In this document: positions 26,372 to 32,000 of the stretch, one piece after another
Layout of the letters: each line of letters opens with the position of its first letter
Numbering within the stretch: the first letter of the stretch is position 1
NCBI RefSeq assembly: GCF_000017945.1
Contig: NC_009776.1
Coordinates: 750,001 to 782,000, forward strand
DNA length: 32,000 nucleotides
Origin: Ignicoccus hospitalis KIN4/I
Lineage (GTDB): Archaea > Thermoproteota > Thermoprotei_A > Sulfolobales > Ignicoccaceae
Direction: 5' to 3'
Notes under the pieces: generated by a model
What the model saw: only the letters and a program-made list of their open reading frames with translations
The model's database searches: none
Told to the model about the DNA's origin: nothing
Translations under genes and position numbers: made by a program

Positions 26372-27183
26372 AGGTAAGGGTGGGCCACAGCCCAGACCCG
26401 GACGACGCCTTCATGTTCTACCCAATAAAGTTCAAGAAGATAGACTTGAGAGGCTATGAAGTGGAAGAGGTTGTGGAAGATATCGAAACCCTCAATAAGA
26501 TGGCCTTAAAAGGGGAGCTCGACGTAACCGCCGTGTCCGCCCACGCTTACGCCTACCTGGCCCCCAAGTTCGACGTCCTCTCCTCTGGGGCCAGCATGGG
26601 GAAGGGCTACGGCCCGGTGGTGGTCGCGAGGGAGGCAAAGGAGCTCTCCGGGGCTAGGGTGGCGATACCCGGCGAGCTGACCACCGCCGCGCTCCTCGCG
26701 AAAATGTACTTACCTAAGGACGTGGAATTCGTCGTTATAAAGTTTGACGAAATACCTCAAGCGGTCGCTAGGGGCGAGGTGGACGCGGGAGTCCTAATAC
26801 ACGAGGGCCAGCTGACCTACCCTAAGCTAGGTCTGAAGAAAGTTATGGACTTCGGGGAGCTGTGGTACGAGGAGACGGGCTTGCCCCTCCCCTTAGGGTT
26901 GGACGTGGCCAAGTGGGAGGTCTCCCAAGACTGGGCCGAGATATGGTACGAGGCCGTTAAGTGGTCCTTGGAGAACCCCAAGGAGGCGCTGTCGCACGCC
27001 CTCAAGTTCGCCCGGGGGCTCGACGAGGACACCACGGAGAAGTTCGTAAGGATGTATGTTAACGAATATACCCTTGATATGGGCGAAGAAGGGGAGGAGG
27101 CCTTGAGGGAGCTCTACAAGAGGGCCTACAAGTCCAAGGCCCTCGACTTCCTCCCCGAGTTCAAGGTAGTTAGGCCCTCTTGA
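26368..27183 (+). CDS. mqnD: MqnD-like 1,4-dihydroxy-6-naphthoate synthase / menaquinone-pathway periplasmic-binding-fold enzyme
   Basis: VGHSPDPDDAFMFYPI, DVTAVSAHAYAYLAPKFDVLSSGASMGKGYGPVVVAR, DAGVLIHEGQLTYP, LGLDVAKWEV. Confidence 0.78.
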   Translation: MKVRVGHSPDPDDAFMFYPIKFKKIDLRGYEVEEVVEDIETLNKMALKGELDVTAVSAHAYAYLAPKFDVLSSGASMGKGYGPVVVAREAKELSGARVAIPGELTTAALLAKMYLPKDVEFVVIKFDEIPQAVARGEVDAGVLIHEGQLTYPKLGLKKVMDFGELWYEETGLPLPLGLDVAKWEVSQDWAEIWYEAVKWSLENPKEALSHALKFARGLDEDTTEKFVRMYVNEYTLDMGEEGEEALRELYKRAYKSKALDFLPEFKVVRPS

Positions 27184-28537
27184 TGCGGATTACCGTCCAT
27201 CCGGCCTCCCTAGCGTCCTCCGGGACCGTCCCCACCGTCACCAGCACGGCGGCCGAGGAGTACTTCTTAATCTTACGCATCACGTCAGTTACCTCAGTCT
27301 CGTCGAACCAGTAGCCGTCCGTGAGCACCACGACCACGTCCCCTCTCCTCATCTTTTTGTAGACGAATTCCAGCGCCGGCCGCGAGAGGGTGCCTCCCCC
27401 TCCCTTGACGCTCTTCTTGACGTAGTTGAGGAGCCTGCTCCTGCTCGCGGCGGTCACCACCAAGTTCGGCTCTACGTCCCAAGTGACTAAGTTTACCTTA
27501 CCTAACTTGGATATCGCAACTACTTCGGCTAAGAACGTTGAGAGCTCTTCGTCAGTTATCGAGGCTGAGGTGTCTACGAGCAACCACAAGTTGTTGCCGG
27601 TCCTCAAGTAACCCGGCACGCCTTCGAGGCCCCTTCTGTTGGGCACTTGCCAGCTCCTCACGCTCTTGATCGTCCCCTTTTTCAGCGCGCTCCTCAACAG
27701 CAAGGCCCACTGAACTTGCGGCTTGGAGGGCGCTACGAACCTCTCCAGCCCTCCCGGCAAGTTGCCCGCCCTCCTCAAGGAGACGGCCAGCTCAACCGCT
27801 TGCTCTACGACTTTGTCCTTCAATTTTGTAGGATCCTTAGTGTTCTTGAAGTACTCGTAAGATTTCTTAAATTCTTCCTCTACGTCCTTGCTGCCGTGCC
27901 AAAGCTTCTCCTTGGGGTAGACCCTCCTCTCCTCGTTGCTTACCGAGTCAACTACGTCGCTTACCACGACGGTGAAGTCGTAATAGGAGCGCTCCCCGCG
28001 GCCGTGGGCCTCCCTCTCGCCCCTCTGGTTCTCTATTACCAGCCTAAGCTCGTTGTTGTTGATGGAATTGAGCAACTTCTCGTAGATGAGCTCTGCGGGC
28101 TCTTTGGGTCCTACGCCTATGAAGCGGAACCTCCTCCAAGTTACCGGTTCCGAGCCCGTCAACTTTATCATTGAAGAATACAAGTTAGAGAACAATCCCA
28201 ATTCTTCTAATATGCTGTTGACTTCTATGTCGCACGCCAAGTTCCACAGCAGGGGGTGGGAGACCTTCCTCTCTTTCAAGTATATCCAGTGTCCGAGGAC
28301 CCCGTGGAGGGCTTCGTGAGCGAGTAACTCCCCCAAGCCTTTGTGGTCGAGCTTATACAACCACTCCTTAGAGACCACTACCGAGCCGTCTCGGTAGTCG
28401 AAGTACGCGTAGCCGCCTTCTCTAGCGCCGACCTTTACAGAGTACTTGGCGACGTGGCCGCCGAGCCCGGGATTCTTCGCCGAGAGGTACGCGATCGCCC
28501 TCTCTACTTTCTCTCTCAGCTTCAGCGACGCGTACAA
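27170..28537 (-). CDS. Putative metallopeptidase domain plus VWA-like domain protein (DUF2201/COG3864-like)
   Basis: LLAHEALHGVLGHWIY (HExxH-like), DIEVNSILEELG; C-terminal LWLLVDTSASITDEELSTFLAEV and VVVLTDGYWFDE MIDAS-like motifs. Confidence 0.85.
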   Translation of the reverse strand: MYASLKLREKVERAIAYLSAKNPGLGGHVAKYSVKVGAREGGYAYFDYRDGSVVVSKEWLYKLDHKGLGELLAHEALHGVLGHWIYLKERKVSHPLLWNLACDIEVNSILEELGLFSNLYSSMIKLTGSEPVTWRRFRFIGVGPKEPAELIYEKLLNSINNNELRLVIENQRGEREAHGRGERSYYDFTVVVSDVVDSVSNEERRVYPKEKLWHGSKDVEEEFKKSYEYFKNTKDPTKLKDKVVEQAVELAVSLRRAGNLPGGLERFVAPSKPQVQWALLLRSALKKGTIKSVRSWQVPNRRGLEGVPGYLRTGNNLWLLVDTSASITDEELSTFLAEVVAISKLGKVNLVTWDVEPNLVVTAASRSRLLNYVKKSVKGGGGTLSRPALEFVYKKMRRGDVVVVLTDGYWFDETEVTDVMRKIKKYSSAAVLVTVGTVPEDAREAGWTVIRIKRA

Positions 28538-28558
28538 CCCCCGCGTCCTCTCCGGGGA

Positions 28559-29194
28559 CTACTCCTCCTCGATTAAAGGTACGAAGGCTACAGGCAGCAG
28601 CTTCTTTATTACATATCCCTCCGGAGTCTTGATTATCTTGTAGAGTACTTGATATCCCGGCTCCTCCTCCACTGGGATCACCATTATTCCCCCCACCTTG
28701 AGCTGCTTCAAGAGGGCCTCTGGAACCCTCTTCGCCGCGGCAGTTACTATTATCTTATCGTAAGGGGCGGCGGGCGGGTAGCCCTTGCTTCCGTCGCCCA
28801 CCAGCACGGTGACGTTGTTGTATCCCAACGCCTTTAGCCTCTCCCTCGCGCGCTCGGCGAGCTCGGGGATCCTCTCTATAGTATAAACGTGGCCCTCCGG
28901 CCCCACCAGCTCTGCCATTACGGCCGCGTGGTAGCCAGAACCCGTGCCCACCTCTAGGACCTTGTCGCCCCTCCGCAGCTCGGCAGCCTCGACCATGTAA
29001 GCGACCATGTGGGGCGCACTTATCGTCTGTCCCGCCCCTATCGGAAGGGGGGTGTCCTCGTAGGCCATGTGTCGGAGCTCCTCCGGAACGAACAGCTCCC
29101 TGGGCACCTTCATCATCGCTTCGGCTACTTCCTTCCTCTTTATGTAACCTTCAGCGATCAAGTTCCTTATCAATTCCCTCTTCTTCTCCTCCAA
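28559..29194 (-). CDS. pcm: Protein-L-isoaspartate O-methyltransferase
   Basis: PRELFVPEELRHMAYEDTPLPIGAGQTISAPHMVAYMVEAAEL, VLEVGTGSGYHAAVMAELVG; TTG start. Confidence 0.95.
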   Translation of the reverse strand: MEEKKRELIRNLIAEGYIKRKEVAEAMMKVPRELFVPEELRHMAYEDTPLPIGAGQTISAPHMVAYMVEAAELRRGDKVLEVGTGSGYHAAVMAELVGPEGHVYTIERIPELAERARERLKALGYNNVTVLVGDGSKGYPPAAPYDKIIVTAAAKRVPEALLKQLKVGGIMVIPVEEEPGYQVLYKIIKTPEGYVIKKLLPVAFVPLIEEE

Positions 29195-29266
29195 GGCCTC
29201 ATCCGAGGAACTCTTTCGAAGTAGTTACTTAAGAGATGTGGAGCGTCCGAGGGTAGGTGTCACAGT

Positions 29267-29626
29267 TTGAGCATATCCTTGCCCTCCGCACCCCAAGTCT
29301 CCTTGCCCTCGGGGGGTAGCGAGAGCCTAGTTACGGGCGTGATAAAGACTATGGCAGACGTTATGACCAAAATGGCAATAATGATGAAAGATATGTACAC
29401 GTTAACTAAAGAGATGCACGACATTATGTTGGAGATGGCAAAGACAAACAAAGAGATACTGAAAGACATAAGACTTCTCATGAATGAGACGACGAATGAG
29501 ATGGTACATTCAATGAAAACGATGGACGCAATGATGTCCACAGTTATGCTCTACCAGCAGTTAATGCTAATAATGATGATTGTTGTTGTCCTAATTTTAG
29601 CGTTCTTAGTACTGCGGGGCGGGTAG
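29267..29626 (+). CDS. Small methionine-rich, predicted C-terminally membrane-anchored alpha-helical protein; uncharacterised
   Basis: 119 aa with 20 Met; long amphipathic helix followed by LMLIMMIVVVLILAFLVLRGG; TTG start. Confidence 0.7.
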   Translation: MSISLPSAPQVSLPSGGSESLVTGVIKTMADVMTKMAIMMKDMYTLTKEMHDIMLEMAKTNKEILKDIRLLMNETTNEMVHSMKTMDAMMSTVMLYQQLMLIMMIVVVLILAFLVLRGG

Positions 29627-29634
29627 GCGAGGCC

Positions 29635-30924
29635 TTGAAGCTGGACCCCGAGCCGCTCAGAGGGTTCAGAGACCTCTTCGGGGAAGAGGCGGAGGCGTTG
29701 GAGGCGGTCACCGAGGAGGCGGAGAAGCTGGCTAGGAACTGGTCCTTTGAAAGGTGCTACTTACCCACGGTGGAGCGCTTCGAGCTCTTTGCCATGAAGA
29801 GCGGTGTGGAAATAGAGAGAAGTATGTACGTGTTCGTCGACAAGGGCGGAAGGAAGGTCACCCTCCGACCGGAGGCCACGGCTTCCGCAGTGAGGGCTTA
29901 CTTGAGGTTGTTGCGTCCGAGGCCCAAGCCGGTGAAGCTCTTCACAGTAGTTAACGTCTTCAGGTACGATGAGCCTCAGTTCGCGAGGTACAGGGAGTTC
30001 TACCAAGCCGACTTCGAGGTCTTCGGGGCCTCGTCGCCGTACCAAGACTCGGAACTCTTGACCATGCTCCACGAGTACTACGAGAACTTGGGGCTCCCCC
30101 ACGAGATACTCCTCGGCAGCGTTAAGGCTCTGAGGGGCGTCCTGTCCGAGGAAGGCATAGAAGAGAGGGACCAAGACGTGGTCCTTCACTACGTAGACAA
30201 AGGCATGATAGATAAGGCCTTGGAGCTTGTGGAGAACAAGGCGAGGAGGCCGGAGAGGGCCAAGGAGGCGGTCGCCGTATTGTCGACCAAGGAGGGGGGC
30301 GAGGAGGTAATCAAAGAGGGGAAGGAGTTGATGGAGTCTTGGGGCTACAAGTACCGTTTCGAGGACTTAGAAGAGGTGTTGAAGTATCTCCCGGATGACG
30401 TGAAGAGTGTAATAAGGTTGAAGTTGGGCTTCGCCCGCGGCTTGGCGTATTACACTGGTTTAATTTATGAAGTAAGGGTGCCGGGGTTCCCGGTGTCGGT
30501 GGCCGGAGGGGGGAGGTACGACGCGCTCACGGAGGTTTACGGTTGGGAGAGGGTGCCGGCGACAGGCTTCGCCATAGGTTTGGACAGAACCGCCCTAGCG
30601 TTGATGAAAGAGGGAAGGAGGTTCGTGTTCAGACCAACCGTCGCCGTGTTGCCCTTAGCCGAGGAGGCGAGGAAGGTAGCCTTAGAGGTCCAGAGGGAGC
30701 TCGCCTCCTTAGACGTAAACTCCTTCTTGCTAACCGAACAGAAGAGTATTAAGAAGGCACTTTCCTTTGCCTCTTCCATGAATGCTAAGGTTGCTATAAT
30801 AATAGGGAAGAAGGAGGTAGAGGAGAATAAAGTTACCATAAAGAACTTGGAAAAGGGCCTCCAAGTGAGCTGCGGGCGGGCGGAGCTGTTGGACTGTTTG
30901 AGCGAGACGTTGAAAACTCCGTGA
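29635..30924 (+). CDS. hisS: Histidyl-tRNA synthetase
   Basis: [77 protein letters not shown]. Confidence 0.95.
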   Translation: MKLDPEPLRGFRDLFGEEAEALEAVTEEAEKLARNWSFERCYLPTVERFELFAMKSGVEIERSMYVFVDKGGRKVTLRPEATASAVRAYLRLLRPRPKPVKLFTVVNVFRYDEPQFARYREFYQADFEVFGASSPYQDSELLTMLHEYYENLGLPHEILLGSVKALRGVLSEEGIEERDQDVVLHYVDKGMIDKALELVENKARRPERAKEAVAVLSTKEGGEEVIKEGKELMESWGYKYRFEDLEEVLKYLPDDVKSVIRLKLGFARGLAYYTGLIYEVRVPGFPVSVAGGGRYDALTEVYGWERVPATGFAIGLDRTALALMKEGRRFVFRPTVAVLPLAEEARKVALEVQRELASLDVNSFLLTEQKSIKKALSFASSMNAKVAIIIGKKEVEENKVTIKNLEKGLQVSCGRAELLDCLSETLKTP

Positions 30925-31514
30925 GCGAGAACAGCTCTCGGGGGACGCTCTTGAGTTTAGAGAAGCTGGGTCCCGGGAAGGACGCCCCCGAGGTCGTTAA
31001 CGTAGTGATAGAAATACCTATGGGAGGCTACGTCAAGTACGAGATGGACAAAGATACTGGGTTAATAAAGGTGGACAGAGTGCTCTACACCGCTATGTAC
31101 TACCCCTTCAACTACGGCTTCATACCGGGCACGCTGGAAGAGGACGGCGACCCCGTGGACGTCTTGGTCCTGAGCTACGACCCCTTCTACCCCGGCACCT
31201 ACCTAAAAGCCAAGCCGGTCGGCGTGCTCCTCATGGAGGATGAAGAAGGTCCCGACAGCAAGATTATCGCCGTCCCGGTGGAGAAGGTCGACCCGAGGTT
31301 CAAGGACATTAAGGACGTCAACGACATACCACAGATAATAAAGGACAAGATAAAACACTTCTTCGAACACTACAAGGAGCTGGAACCCGGCAAGTGGGTC
31401 AAGATAAAGGACTGGTTACCGAAGGAGGAAGCTTACAAGAAAATAAAGGCGGCCATCGACCGGTATCAACAAAATAAGCGCTCGAGCGCCCTAACGAGCG
31501 GGCAAGGGCAGTGA
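30921..31514 (+). CDS. ppa: Family I inorganic pyrophosphatase
   Basis: [79 protein letters not shown]. Confidence 0.96.
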   Translation: MSENSSRGTLLSLEKLGPGKDAPEVVNVVIEIPMGGYVKYEMDKDTGLIKVDRVLYTAMYYPFNYGFIPGTLEEDGDPVDVLVLSYDPFYPGTYLKAKPVGVLLMEDEEGPDSKIIAVPVEKVDPRFKDIKDVNDIPQIIKDKIKHFFEHYKELEPGKWVKIKDWLPKEEAYKKIKAAIDRYQQNKRSSALTSGQGQ

Positions 31515-31996
31515 TAACCTACGACGTACTCATTTTAACTCTCAGCGGAGTGCTGCTCGCCCACGGGTCCTTCGAGGTCCCCGCGGGGGACTTGTCGTGG
31601 ACCTTCTTCTACCCGTGCCCTCGCTGTGAAAACGTATTGGAGGTTATGTTAACTCCCCCGGAGAAGTTCTTGAACTTCGAGGGCGGAAAGTACGTGGGGC
31701 CCGGGGCCTTGGGCTTCCCAAACGGCATAATACCTTGTAACAAGTACGAGGTGGTTGAAGGGGGCGTCAAGTACTTGGTCTGCGCCCACAAGAACGTAAT
31801 CGTGTACGAGCGCTACCTCAAGGACTTCGCAGTACAGGTGAGCCTGAAGCCCACCTTAAAGGCCCTCGAGCTGGTACCCTTCGTCACCGACCCAGCCAGT
31901 CCTGGCAGTAAGGCAATAGTATCGTTCTTAGCGGCGCTCATAGCCACCTTTTCTGCGGTCGCTTTCCTAAAAAGGCACGAGCTGGTGGTGATGTGA
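31511..31996 (+). CDS. Small predicted exported, membrane-anchored cysteine-containing protein; uncharacterised
   Basis: N-terminal hydrophobic segment [25 protein letters not shown]-terminal [27 protein letters not shown]; GTG start overlaps ppa stop (GTGA). Confidence 0.65.
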   Translation: MITYDVLILTLSGVLLAHGSFEVPAGDLSWTFFYPCPRCENVLEVMLTPPEKFLNFEGGKYVGPGALGFPNGIIPCNKYEVVEGGVKYLVCAHKNVIVYERYLKDFAVQVSLKPTLKALELVPFVTDPASPGSKAIVSFLAALIATFSAVAFLKRHELVVM

Positions 31997-32000
31997 GCTT

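Noticed and set aside
1-32000. CRISPR arrays, transposons, integrated elements, rRNA and tRNA genes
   Set aside because: No regularly spaced direct repeats, transposase/integrase motifs or tRNA-like cloverleaf in the few short intergenic gaps; a tRNAscan-SE run would be needed to exclude an intron-containing or permuted tRNA.

Overview
The window is gene-dense archaeal chromosome, about 97% coding by eye. It is most consistent with a hyperthermophilic crenarchaeote of the Desulfurococcales, possibly Ignicoccus-like; that lineage call is inference from protein character and has not been checked by search. I find about 33 plausible genes in alternating blocks. They are: a large sequon-rich surface/membrane protein; a left minus-strand block (tfs, a small helical ORF, thpR, cca, atypical kinase); a plus block (editing-less thrS, pcna, priS, YkgJ-type Fe-S/Zn protein, small coiled-coil ORF); a divergent nitrilase/padR pair; a plus block (aminotransferase, rps15, degenerate RecJ/Cdc45-like, pcc1, rps3ae); an eight-gene, close-packed minus block (ino1, GH130-like, HD phosphohydrolase, mqnC-like, queC, two small membrane proteins, nth); a plus block (PhoH-KH ATPase, sugar-1-P nucleotidylyltransferase, DHPS-like, mqnD-like); a minus pair (metallopeptidase/VWA, pcm); and a plus block (Met-rich tail-anchored protein, hisS, ppa, small exported Cys protein). 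I see no tRNA, rRNA, CRISPR array, transposase or integrase. The most noteworthy observations are a catalytically degenerate RecJ/Cdc45-like gene in the ribosomal/KEOPS locus, a PhoH ATPase carrying two C-terminal KH-like motifs, futalosine-pathway genes mqnC and mqnD in separate blocks, a 119-aa methionine-rich tail-anchored protein, an inositol-phosphate synthase/GH130-like pairing, and 3' overlaps at all four convergent gene junctions. I found no clear novel defence or mobile system.
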